DNA of 63,805 bases, counting the filler, from Octopus bimaculoides (lineage: Eukaryota): the NCBI RefSeq assembly GCF_001194135.2. It is 7 parts of 6 records of this genome, joined end to end, with 100 filler letters (N's around TTAATTAATTAA, not from the genome) between each part and the next. Parts side by side here need not be neighbours in the genome. Positions count along the whole stretch, not along the records: positions 49,429 to 52,344 come from NC_068983.1; positions 52,445 to 62,559 come from NC_069005.1; positions 62,660 to 63,805 come from NW_026334542.1; 4 more parts are not named here. One strand, written 5' to 3'. Positions 52,027 to 63,201 of this stretch are shown in pieces (positions within the stretch are counted from its first letter, which is position 1; every line of letters begins with the position of its first letter). The notes below the pieces were generated by a model. It worked only from the letters and a program-made list of their open reading frames with translations. It did no database searches and was not told the origin of the DNA. Position numbers and translations under genes: made by a program.

Positions 52027-52344
52027 TAAAGTCTGTCATACCGGCCATGACGAAGGGAAATAGCCCTGAAACTCGAGTCGCCTTTATATATATATATTTA
52101 TATTTATATATTTATATATTTGATCCTTTATATTGAACACTCAATATTTCATCTACATTCAATACTTTCTTTCATGGTGCCATCCATTTTTATTTTATTT
52201 TATTTTATATTGTATATTGTATATCATATTATATATTGTATATTCCATATTCTATACCCCACATTAGTTCTGCAGGAATATAAATAAAACATAAAAAACA
52301 GACAGTGTTGGAACTCTTTTAAGCAAAATAATATATTCCTCTAT
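52027..52344 (+). mobile_element. Hammerhead-bearing repeat, family P2
   Basis: Shares taaagtctgtcatacc(g/c)gccatga(c/t)gaa and a ~65-nt block ggaatataaataaaacataaaaaacagac..tgttggaactctttta with 10119-10245 (-). Confidence 0.55.
52043..52082 (+). ncRNA. Hammerhead-ribozyme-like motif with variant core (CAUGACGA)
   Basis: GGC-CATGACGA-AGGG(aaatag)CCCT-GAAA-CTCGAG-TC-GCC: stem II 4 bp, palindromic ACTCGAGT stem III, GUC site, stem I GGC/GCC. Confidence 0.55.
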
Positions 52345-52444
52345 NNNNNNNNNNNNNNNNNNNNNNNNNNNNNNNNNNNNNNNNNNNNTTAATTAATTAA
52401 NNNNNNNNNNNNNNNNNNNNNNNNNNNNNNNNNNNNNNNNNNNN

Positions 52445-52475
<31 letters not shown>

Positions 52476-53967
52476 CAGCGTCAATGCATTAGCATATAAG
52501 CAATATGTAGATATGTTTAGTTTAGGTTGTTCACACCTTCGACTTCTTTCATAACAAATTTGCGGATTCGTTTTCTTCCCTTTTTCCTAATTGCACACCG
52601 AATTCGAGTTTCTGTTTTCTTGAAACTAACACGTAGGCCAGAATTTAGATACACATACTGAGAAGGGTTCATCATCCATAAACCTCTTTTACCGTGCTTG
52701 GCTATATTTCTATTATGCAACTGGATGTTAAACTACAACTCTAGAACAACAATTATTTTAATGTGTTTCAGGTAATATCCACTTGGGGATATTTTCATTC
52801 ATCTTGTTAGAATAGATTTAGGTCGTTTATATGCATACATATATACGTACATATATACATATATATTTGTATATATATCTATGTATACATGAATATATAC
52901 TCTGCATATATGTGTTTGTACTTGTGTGTGTTTGTGTTTGTGTGTGTGTGTGCTTGTGTGTGTGTGTCTGTGCGTGTTTGTGTGTATTTATATGTGTGTA
53001 TTTATATGCGCGTGTATGTATGTCCCAACCATATGGAACCGCGTATTCTCATTGCGTAACCGCTTTGTTAAGTGTCTTCTATTATAGCATCTGGTCGACC
53101 AAAGTCTTGTGAGTAGATTTTTCAGACGGAAACCGAAAGAAGCCTATCGTATACACAGACACACACACACACTCCCACACATATATATTATATGTATGTG
53201 TGTGAGTGTGTGTGTGGGGGGATCTTTGTGTCAGAGCTTGTGTCTTTCTGTCTCTGTTTGTCCAACACCACTACTTGACAACCGGTGTTTGCTGCTCCTT
53301 AAACTAGCGATTCGACAAGAAAATACCTATGTAATTAATAGCAGGCTTTTAAAAATGTGAGAACTGGTTTCTTATACGTTGGAAAAAAAATTCTTGAAAT
53401 TGGACCCCAGCATGGCTGCAGTGTAATGACTGAAAGAAGCGAGAGATATATGAAAAAACGTATATAAGTGTGTGTGTGTACGTGCGTACCCTTCACACAG
53501 TAATGTCACTACAGCGTCGGCTAAAACACCTTGCAATGTTCGTTTCAGTTTTTTAAAGTTCTGAATTGAAATCCATCCAGGTCAACGTCTTATTTTATTC
53601 TTTCGGTGTGTATTAATATAGTACCTATGAAGTAGTAAAGTTAATTCTATTTGGTTTTAGGAGGAGGGAGAGGAGGAAAAGGGNNNNNNNNNNNNNNNNN
53701 NNNNNNNNNNNNNNNNNNNNNNNNNNNNNNNNNNNNNNNNNNNNNNNNNNNNNNNNNNNNNNNNNNNNNNNNNNNNNNNNNNNNNNNNNNNNNNNNNNNN
53801 NNNNNNNNNNNNNNNNNNNNNNNNNNNNNNNNNNNNNNNNNNNNNNNNNNNNNNNNNNNNNNNNNNNNNNNNNNNNNNNNNNNNNNNNNNNNNNNNNNNN
53901 NNNNNNNNNNNNNNNNNNNNNNNNNNNNNNNNNNNNNNNNNNNNNNNNNNNNNNNNNNNNNNNNNNN

Positions 53968-54008
<41 letters not shown>

Positions 54009-54299
54009 CATATGCATAGGTAACAGCTGGACTTTCATAAACAACATTGCGTGTACTTGTACCTCCGTGTGGAACTTTCTATATACAATCCCATGGTCAT
54101 TCATGATTGAAAGGGATCTTTAGACTTTACACACACACACACACACACACTCACACACATAAGCTTAACCTTCATTCACATGCGAGTATAATCAAGTAAT
54201 TTATACAATATTTTCAGCACTTTTAGGTGGGTGTTGAATTATCAATACGCACATACACCTTCGTAGCCCCTCCATCCTGACAATTGACAAGTCCTTCAG

Positions 54300-54670
54300 T
54301 GTCATCGGAGCACTGCAGCTATGCAGCGTATCTTGGACGAGAAAAGCTGGCGAAGTCCATCCCTCTCCAGGTTAAATGCGTTTCTACAGCTGAGTGTACC
54401 GGAACAACGTGAAATGAAGTCTTCTGCTCAAGACCACAACGGATCGGCCTGTCCAGAGATTGAAACCACAATTTTACGGTCGTTATTCCAACAATTTAAC
54501 CACTAAGCGACGCACCCCCCCCTCCCTCAAATGGTACTTATTTCTAAAGCTGAATGAACTGGAACAATGTGATGTGAAGTGTTTTGCTCAAGAGCAAAAC
54601 GCATCGCCCGGTCCAGGAATCGAAACCACAATCTTACGATCATGAGTCCAACACCTCAACCACTAACCAC
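54300..54670 (-). mobile_element. Two tandem family-B SINE fragments
   Basis: Two copies of gaacaa.gtga..tgaagt..t.tgctcaaga..a.aacg..tcg.c..gtcca.g..at.gaaaccacaat.ttacg. Confidence 0.75.
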
Positions 54671-56184
54671 GCAACACCTCGATCCCAACATGCTATTCAC
54701 TATACCACGATCCGAAAGTTTAACAAGATGAATAGATAATAACTTTATTAATAATAGGGAAAAAATCATTAATTTTCTCGTAATAGTTGTGTAACCGGTT
54801 CGTGAATAAATAAACATTAGTCTGTAATGTGCATATCGGAGAACAAGGATGTCGCTGTTGCTGTCCAATGAAATATTGTCCTTTTTTCCCATTAGAGATT
54901 AATTTATCGGAGATCATCCAATCAATATTGTACTAATGTATACACATCACTGTTGTCAGCTATCATAATCATTGTCTATTGTCGAATATGTATTGCCCTG
55001 ACATTGAGATCAGCCTACACTAATTATATACGTTGATGAAAATATATACATCATAACATGGATCTAGCCTTTTAAGACGTTTTCTTCTCTTTAAATCATG
55101 AGTTAAAAAATCTCCCTCGGAAAAAAAGAAATAATAACAATTGAAAAATTAAGGTAACGACGAAAGGACAGAAATAGCATCTTTTAGTGAGTCTTTTGTT
55201 TACAAACAATTGTCAGAACCTGTTAGAACATTTGAATTGCGTTTGCCTGTTAGTAATTGTAAAGTCTTACGTCATAACGTTTCCTTATTGTTTCATTTTG
55301 TGGTGTAAACGTGAAAATGTGCATTTTGTATTTTACTAATTTTGTTTTTCACCTGGAGGCTCCATCGGTTGTTATTACAAAGAACTCTGATGAATTGTTT
55401 TTCATAGAACATATGTAGTTGTGTGTTTGAAAAGTTCACTTCACTACCTCATGTTTTCTGGTTCAGTCCTACTGTGCGGCGTCTTGGGAAAAAGGCTTCT
55501 ACTGTTGCTCTTGGTTGACAAGGGCCTTGTGAGTGAATTGGAAGACGCAAACTGTGTGGAAGCCCGTCGTACATAAATATGAGTATGTGTGAGCGCGTGT
55601 ATGTGCGTGTAAGTCGTTTGCGGCTGCAGCCGTCACCATTTGACAACCGACGCTGGTTTGTTTATGTTCCATGAATTAGCTGTTCGACAAACGTGACCGA
55701 TAGAATAAGGGTCGATTTGATTAAGTAAAGCCTTCAAAACAGAGCCCTAGTATGGCCGCAGTCCGACGACTGAAACAAATAAAAAAAATGAAAGAATTTC
55801 AAAATATTATTATTAAATTAATCTTCAGGGTCGGTGGATTTTCAAAATCATTAGAACATCGAACAAAATACCTCGCGTTCTGTCTTCTCGCACTTTATAT
55901 TCCGGTTTCACATTCCAACCTCATTCTGGAGCGAGGAGGACCTAGAAACTTTTACTAAGATTTTCACTATAGTTTTAAGTGGGTCTGGAGTTGCAATCAG
56001 GCATAGATACCTTCGGTTCTCCCAAATTTAACCCAGTCGTACAATGATGCTATGACAGCTAGCGGGAAAGCGGCAAGTTGGTAGAGTCGTCAGCGAACCG
56101 CAAAAGAAGCTTAGCGGCATTTTCGTTGTCTTTTCGTTCTGAGCTCAAATTCGGTTGAGGTCGAATTTTTCTTCATGTTGAGTA

Positions 56185-56534
56185 AACTATCTCGCTCAAA
56201 AAGTCACTGAAGAAAGTTTGTTTAAGGATGTTGAACAAAACACCCATGTTTCCAGAGGTGAATTATTCAAAACCCAAAGAATTTCTTCCAGTACATGGCT
56301 ATGATGCTCTCCCATTACTTCTACTCATGATCAGAGATGCACATATCGCCAGTCACTAAGGGACATGCTCAACTGATTAAGGTCAAACACCTGACAAGTA
56401 AATCTGTGATACTGAGCTGAATATTTGCTGTATCTCATCGCTTATACCAAGACAAAACATGTAAATTATAACACTTCCAATCAGTTGAGATCAAACCCAT
56501 GAGAGTCACTGCCTGGCACTGTATCGAGTTATTT
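56185..56534 (-). mobile_element. Partial second copy of the (AAT)n-associated repeat
   Basis: Reverse complement aligns to roughly 22314-22660, e.g. gatcagagatgcacatatcg, ggacatgctcaactg.ttaaggtcaaaca. Confidence 0.8.
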
Positions 56535-56568
<34 letters not shown>

Positions 56569-57064
56569 CAATAATACTAATACGCCAATTTGTTTTTTGT
56601 ACTACGTGACTCGTGCATCACATTTAAGAGAAATTTCGTTGTTTAAATAAAAAAATTTTAACTGTATCTCTTGTAATTTCTGGAAGAAATTTAAAACCAC
56701 CATCTCTGTGTTGTATTATTACTTCTCAACAGCCATGCCTACTGGGACACCGAAACAGCAACGATATTAATGAAATTAGCTATTCAGGAGAAGAAACTGG
56801 TAGGATAAGCACAAGGCTTACAAGAAATAAGTCCAAGGATCAATTTCTTCGACTAAACGGTGGTGTTCCCACGTGGCCACCGTCAAGTGACTGAAACAAG
56901 TAAAAGATTAAAGGAATACGAGAAAACGGAGAGGGTTCTCTGAATATATACGATGTATTTCAATTAGTAATTCTGTTTACGTTTGCGTAACCGAGATATT
57001 TTGATTGGAGTATATAGTTATCGGTTTTACACTTTTTTCTATGTTCAGTAAGTGTCACAATATA

Positions 57065-57284
57065 CTTTTCTACTATACGCACAAGTCCTGAAGATTTTGG
57101 AGGGAGGGGTCCAATCGAACGATTAGATACACCCCAGTACGCAAGTGGTACTTAATTTATCGACCCCGAAAGGTTTTAAGGCAAAGTCGACCTCGGCAGA
57201 ATTTGAACTCAGAACCTAAAGACAGACGAAATACCACTAAGCATTTCGCCCGGCGTGCTAACGATTCTGCCAGTTCGCCGCCTT
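57065..57284 (-). mobile_element. Family-A SINE (type-1 tail)
   Basis: Near-complete match to the family-A consensus. Confidence 0.88.
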
Positions 57285-57305
57285 TATCTGTCACAATATA
57301 GAAAC

Positions 57306-57483
57306 ATTTCCCATGGCACCAGCACACAATTTACAGATGCTTACATTTTTTATGTTTTTCGTTAATTTTTCACGGGTCCAGCTCGTTATTATTATCATTA
57401 TTACTAGCTGGACCCGTGAAAAATTCACGGAAAATATATAAAATGTAAACATCTGTAAATTCTGTGTTGGTGCCACGAGAAAT
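57306..57483. repeat. Long imperfect palindrome, 78-bp arms, 22-nt loop
   Basis: 57306-57383 is the reverse complement of 57406-57483 apart from scattered substitutions. The inner aatttttcacgggtccagct / agctggacccgtgaaaaatt pair is perfect. Confidence 0.95.
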
Positions 57484-58060
57484 GCATCCTACAGGATTTT
57501 GCAATTATCATTTTCGGTGACTCTTTTTAAAGTTTTCTCATACGACTTCTTTGCCCCTTGTAGGCCCTGATTTACAATACATCTCCCAATGGATGATTCT
57601 TGCCACATTGTCATGGCGTCTTTTGTATTCGCGTTGTGCCAATTTCGAGCATTCGCTAACGATGTACCATACCGTTTCAGTCCTCTCACCACACATTGAG
57701 GATTTGTCACTATCGGTACTGTTGTTTATGCTGTACTTCATATAGTTGGTCCTTAACGCTTGTTCCTGAGCTGCGCATATGAGTGCTTTTCTCTCTATCT
57801 TCAGGTCACGCCTCTGTATCCGTTGCCACTAGGCCTTTGTACCTGTCTTGGTCTTCACATCCTTTACAAACTCACCGTACATTTTCTTTCTGTTCCATAC
57901 TTTATATTTTTATTTTTGTTCATTTCTTGTTAACATTTTTCTTTAGTTACACAAATTTCAGTTTTGATGACGCCGGCTTTCTTCGTCTATTTCAACAGTG
58001 ACTCCACGGTATTTTTGTTATATACCACTCTAAGCTGTTTTCCACTGCTTCGATAACCAA
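57484..58060 (-). mobile_element. R4/Dong-type LINE fragment (zinc-knuckle/pre-RLE region)
   Basis: ALICAAQEQALRTNY..MCGERTETVWYIVSECSKLAQREYKRRHDNVARIIHW..ENDNCKIL. Frameshifted. Confidence 0.85.
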
Positions 58061-59109
58061 GTCAGAAAAAATTCCTGGCAACTAATCAAGTCAGAAAAAA
58101 TTACACCCTCAAGTCAGAAAAATTTTGGAAAATCACAATACCGAGCACTATAAAAACTAACTTTAGTCTCTTTCTGGAGAAGATTCCAGCCCTTTAACCT
58201 GGAACCAAGACGTTCAGCTTGCTTTTTCCACAAGCTTAAATCCCGTACAAGATTATTCAAATCTCTCTGACTCAACAAATGTGGTTCACTTGAAAAACAG
58301 GGTCAGGTACAAATAAGTGTTGACTGTGAAGTACTGGTCTCAGCAGATTGTAAATTAGGACATTTTACAGTATGCTTGGATTTTGATGTTATTGTATATT
58401 CGTCATACAAAAGTAGCAATCTGAAGTGTGATCTTTGAGATCTCTCCTAATCAGAGGGATGGCAAAAGGTACATGCAATGAGAAGCCTGGCACAGGTTAC
58501 ACAACATACGTGATGGGCCAGCTTTTATCTTGGTCACCTACTCTGCCCTGAAAATTATGCTCATAGCACTTTGTAATCAATGGCGTGAAACGCCGTCTAG
58601 GTCACTTGAGTATTAAATCACCGCAAATATAACAAAAGATGTTTGCGGTGTTTATACAGTTTCTTCGCATTATGAAGTTGAATGGAATATGTGAACTTAT
58701 TACACAACCACACGCTTGCACTCCAAGCACAGCACTGACAAAGTATCGGTGACTCATCTTTTTAGTGTTGCCAAGCGTCGGTGACTCATTGACTCAGGTA
58801 GCCAGATTTATGATTTCATTAGGTTAATTCTATTCATAAACATTTAAATTAGGAGTATGCCTTAAACCGTTGCTTTCACATTTCAACGACTTAACTGAAA
58901 TTTAGCCTACGTAACAGGAACTGATAAGGATATTGTGGAACAGAGGAATTGTGGGTGATTCAGATAATTTGATATTATTTGCATAAATTCTGCATGCAAA
59001 AACATATGATACAGGTATTCTTTTTCTTGGGACAAATTCTTTTCTTGACCAGTGTTATCTGGCACTTTCTATTCTCTTTATCTACTAAATCAGGGCTTCT
59101 AGCTTCTAT

Positions 59110-59365
59110 TACTCTCTCAGTGTGAATGTTAAAGTCCCATAACATCTTATATATCTTACTATTACTTTACTTGGTTCATATTCAGACCCTTTATCAGTAT
59201 GTTCCAATCTTAGCTTTCTACATAGCTCCCAGGGGATTCCTCTCCTTGGGTTGTCCTGTCTTTTCTTGTATTCTTTCCCTGCCAGCATACTACATTCACT
59301 TACCATATGAGAAACGCTTTCCACTTTTCATGAGCAAGCTGTTCCGTTAGATCAACTGGAGCATT
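59110..59365 (-). mobile_element. Second R4/Dong-type LINE fragment
   Basis: ESVSHMVSECSMLAGKEYKKRQDN..GIPWELCRKLRLEH.DK..EYEP..V covers the same domain as 57484-58060. Confidence 0.75.
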
Positions 59366-60122
59366 CTTCTTCTTCTTCTGCTTCTTCTCCTCTTTCTCCT
59401 CCTGCTCCTGCTCCTTCTCCTCCTCCTCACCCTTCTTCTCTTTCTCCTCACCATTCTATTCCCTTCTCCTCACCCTTCTTCTCCCCTCTCCTCAATATTC
59501 TTCTTTTCCTCCTTTTTCCTCCTCATCCTCCTTTTCCTCCTCCCGATCTTCACCTCCTCCTTCTTTTCTTCCTCCCACCTTCAACTCCTCCCCCTCCACT
59601 TCTTTTTCTTTTTCTTCTTGTGGTAGTGGTGATCGTTTTACTGTTTATGGGAATTCTCATCATTATTTTCTCCTCCTTCTCCTTCTTTTCGTTCTTCATT
59701 TCCTCTTCATTTTCTCCTTCTTCTTTTCCTTCTCTCCGTTCTTCTTTTGCTGCTCCTCCTCTTCCTGCTGCTTCTGCTGCTGCTGCTGCATTTCCTCTCC
59801 TCCTCCTCCTCCTCCTCTTCCTCCTCCTCCTTCTTCTTCTTCTTCTTTTTCTTCTTCTGGTAGCGGTGATCATGTTACTGTTTATGAGAATTCTTATCAT
59901 TATTTTTCTCCTTCTCCTCCCTCTTTTCGTTTTTCATTTCCTCCTCCCCTTCCTTTCCTCCCGCTCCTGCTCCTGCTCCTACTCCTCCTCCTCCTCCTCC
60001 TCCTCCTCCTCCNNNNNNNNNNNNNNNNNNNNNNNNNNNNNNNNNNNNNNNNNNNNNNCTTCTTCTTCTTCTTCTTCTTCTTCTTCTTCTTCTTCTTCTT
60101 CTTCTTCTTCTTCTTCTTCTTC
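59365..60122. repeat. Polypyrimidine (CTT/CCT/GCT)n tract with three embedded ~45-nt spacer copies
   Basis: Spacer gtggtagtggtgatcgttttactgtttatgggaattctc and variants at about 59620, 59858 and 60122. Confidence 0.9.
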
Positions 60123-60639
60123 TGTTAGTGATGATCGTGTTACTGTTCAGGGAATTTCCTCTTGATTTTGTCTTTTCTAACTTCCATTTCGAGTTATTGC
60201 TCCCTGTCAGTGTTACATGTAACACTGGACAATGCCTCGCTGCTAATGTCAGTGTGTGCAATTTGCAACGCTCGGCTGTGATTTAGTTATTACAGCTGCA
60301 TTGTTTCTGCTCCAGCAACTGTTTCTAGTTCTATAGACAGATTCATTAATCAGAAATATATTGACTATTGTATCCTAACAGCATTGACGACAGGACGCAG
60401 TGTTTTCTCTATTACAACGGGATGTAGTGTGAAGTAGCGCTTTGTACACGTTCACCATCGATTTCCCGGCAATTGCTGGAAGGGAAGGGGAGATAGGTCT
60501 TTTAATGCGAATGCAATTGTTAGCGGACACATAATGAATTTCCGTCTTCATAATGCCATTTGTAATAAGTGTTGACGCCTTCTTTAAATGTTTTGAGTGA
60601 ATAAAATGTGTTGTGAAGATTTGGTAGTAAAAATGTTAT

Positions 60640-61070
60640 TAATTTAGCGGCAAGAAGACGATGAGCTGACAAAATCGTTAAAGCGTGGGACAAAATGCCT
60701 AGCGGCATTTCTTTCAGGTCTTTACTCTCCGAGTTCAAATTACACCGAGGTCGAATTTGCCTTCATTTCTTAGTTAATAAAACAAGTTCCAATTGAGAAG
60801 AGGTGTCGATGTAATTGATTAAACCCGCTTTCCAAATTTGCTGGCCTTATGTCAAAATCTGAAACCACTAACTAAGAGTCAAGTGACTTCAGATAATATA
60901 ATCGTAAGACTTTGAAAAAAAATACCTTGCAACTATCTATTCCGGCTATTTACGTTTTGAGTTCAAATCCCACTGAGGTCAACTTGACCTTTCATTTAAT
61001 CACAGCCGATAAAATAAGATACCACTTAAATACTTGTGCTAATTGTATCGACTAACCCGCACCTCTAAAA
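60640..61070 (+). mobile_element. Two diverged family-A SINEs
   Basis: gagttcaaat..gaggtc.a.tt..cYttcatt blocks at ~60730 and ~60960. Confidence 0.7.
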
Positions 61071-61219
61071 GTTGCGTGGAGATGAGGTTGCATAAAGCAG
61101 AAACAATTATCAATTAAGCTAAATTATAATTAGATCACGTCCGTTAGTACGAGAAAATAATAATCCGCTAAGGGAACTGAAGCAAGAGTTCTGCATAATA
61201 GTTTGTGCAGCAATAATAG

Positions 61220-61323
61220 TACTTTATGTACTTGATGTACTTGATGTATTTGATGTACTTTATGTAATTACTTTATGTACTTTATGTAATTATTTTATGT
61301 ACTTTATGTAATTACTTTATGTA
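61220..61323. repeat. 9-bp-based tandem repeat tactt(t/g)atg
   Basis: Direct reading. Confidence 0.85.
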
Positions 61324-61627
61324 GTCAACTGAATGAATAAAAACCAACAACAAAATAAAACGATGTAAGAAATTACTTTATGTAGTTAACTGAAAGTATA
61401 ATAGTAGTAGTAGATACTTTTGTAGCCCCAGACCAGCACTAATTAGGAGGACCTATGATGAATGACGTTCCAGTAATGACCATCTCACTAATTTTGTACA
61501 TATAAGATTATATCTTCGATGTTGTAATAAGGCGTCCAGTGAGTTTCGAGAAATCTGGCTGCTATTATTAGAATTTCAAGCGACATCCAACCCCGAATGC
61601 TCACTAATGTGTGTATGTATACATATA

Positions 61628-61995
61628 CGAAGTGGTACCAAAACGTTTCCGGAACTAGTTCTGTTGCGCACCAATATATGACAACAAACAGTTGCGTGCG
61701 CAGTGAGCGATAGCAGTGATCTTCATGCGGCAGTGTACCACGTGACATCGCTGTGTTTACTTAGAAAGATGTGAATTTTGTGTTTTTGTGATCACGTGTA
61801 TGTTGTATTCTGTGATTTTGTCAAGGACAGGAACAAAGCGCCAAATTGAAATTTTGCGTCAAAATTGGGAAGTCTGCTGCAGGGNNNNNNNNNNAATGAT
61901 TCGAGTAGCACGGGCACTTTAAAAGCAGACGAGCGTTCCTGGAAGTTCTTTTTGATTAAATATAAATAGCCCTGGAACTTTTTGATATGACCTCG
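61628..61995 (+). mobile_element. Internally deleted mariner element
   Basis: TA-cgaagtggtaccaaaacgtttccgg left end and TA-flanked related right end (rc cgaggtcatatcaaaaagttccagg). Internal EQSAKLKFCVKIGKSAA matches the mariner N-terminal EQR.NIKFCVKLGKSA motif. Confidence 0.7.
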
Positions 61996-62010
61996 TATAT
62001 AAATAAATAG

Positions 62011-62053
<43 letters not shown>

Positions 62054-62640
62054 CGTGTATACATACACAAATACATATATAGGCTCACAAATAGATGTCT
62101 CTGTCCAATTCCCTCGCTCTCAATTTACATATGCATATTTAAAGATATAAATACATATCCCTGAATTAAATTTAGCCGCACGACAGTAGGTTAGTTATAT
62201 TACTCTAAAGTAATTCACTGCGAATTTAGCAGTATACGAGTATCTTCGTTTACGTCTCCAGATCGCAATATAGTTTTATATCCTCAAATCACGAATTCGT
62301 GTTTTCAATTCCTAGACCGAGTGGTGCACTGTGTTCTTGAGCAAAACGCTTCATCTCACGTGATTCTGCAATCACTTCCACACCTGGCACGCGATACATC
62401 ATGCACCTGTTCAGAAAACGTCAATTTGATGGAGGAAGCGAGCTATTGTGCGGCACGAAAATTTGATCACTATAAACAAATCATTTGTACGGCAGAATCT
62501 GAATACTATTCGACAGTAGAATCCATATCGCACGCACACACACACACACACACACACACNNNNNNNNNNNNNNNNNNNNNNNNNNNNNNNNNNNNNNNNN
62601 NNNTTAATTAATTAANNNNNNNNNNNNNNNNNNNNNNNNN

Positions 62641-62835
62641 NNNNNNNNNNNNNNNNNNNAAAAACACGAAAAAACAACAACGCGAGGACGTGGAATAAGT
62701 ACGGCGTTACTGGACGCTCAGGAAAGGAAAGAAAAGCAAGAGAATTTGACGTTTCGAGCGGAGCTCTTCATCAGAAATATAGGAAAAGTCCAAAGAAGGC
62801 AAGACAGAAAAAGAAAATCGCCAACGATGCACACG
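62641..62835 (-). mobile_element. Penelope-like terminal repeat/retrozyme-like fragment, family P1
   Basis: Related to 5795-6000. Contains the canonical hammerhead motif, abuts a family-C SINE head, and is truncated by a gap. Confidence 0.5.
62744..62778 (-). ncRNA. Minimal type I hammerhead ribozyme motif, canonical core
   Basis: Minus strand ATTT-CTGATGA-A-GAGC(tcc)GCTC-GAAA-CGTC-AAAT: intact CUGAUGA and GAAA boxes, stem I ATTT/AAAT, stem II GAGC/GCTC, palindromic ACGT stem III. Confidence 0.72.
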
Positions 62836-62979
62836 CGATACACGACGGGTTTCTTTCAGTTACCGTCTACCAAAGCCACACACAAAGCTTACGTCAGTTC
62901 GAGGCTACAGAAGACGCTTGACCAAGGTGCCACGCAGTGGGACTGAACCCAGAACTATGTGGTCGAGAAGCAAGCTTCT

Positions 62980-63201
62980 TATTTCTTTATTGCCCACAAG
63001 GGCTAAATATAGAGGGGACAATCAAGGACAAACAAAGGTATTAAGTCGATTACATCGACCCCAGTGCATAACTGGTACTTAATTTATCGACCCCGAAAGG
63101 ATGAAAGGCTAAGTCGACCTCGGCGGAATTTGAACTCAGAACGTTACGGCAGAGGAAGTACCGCCCAGCATTTCGCCCAGCATGCTAACGTTTCTGCCAG
63201 C
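62980..63201 (-). mobile_element. Family-A SINE (type-2 tail)
   Basis: Tail atttctttattgcccacaagggctaaatatagaggggac, conserved core, head merging into the minisatellite. Confidence 0.88.

Noticed and set aside
59550-60261. Poly-Arg/Glu/Ser/Leu ORFs
   Set aside because: Translations of (CTT)n/(CCT)n simple repeats.
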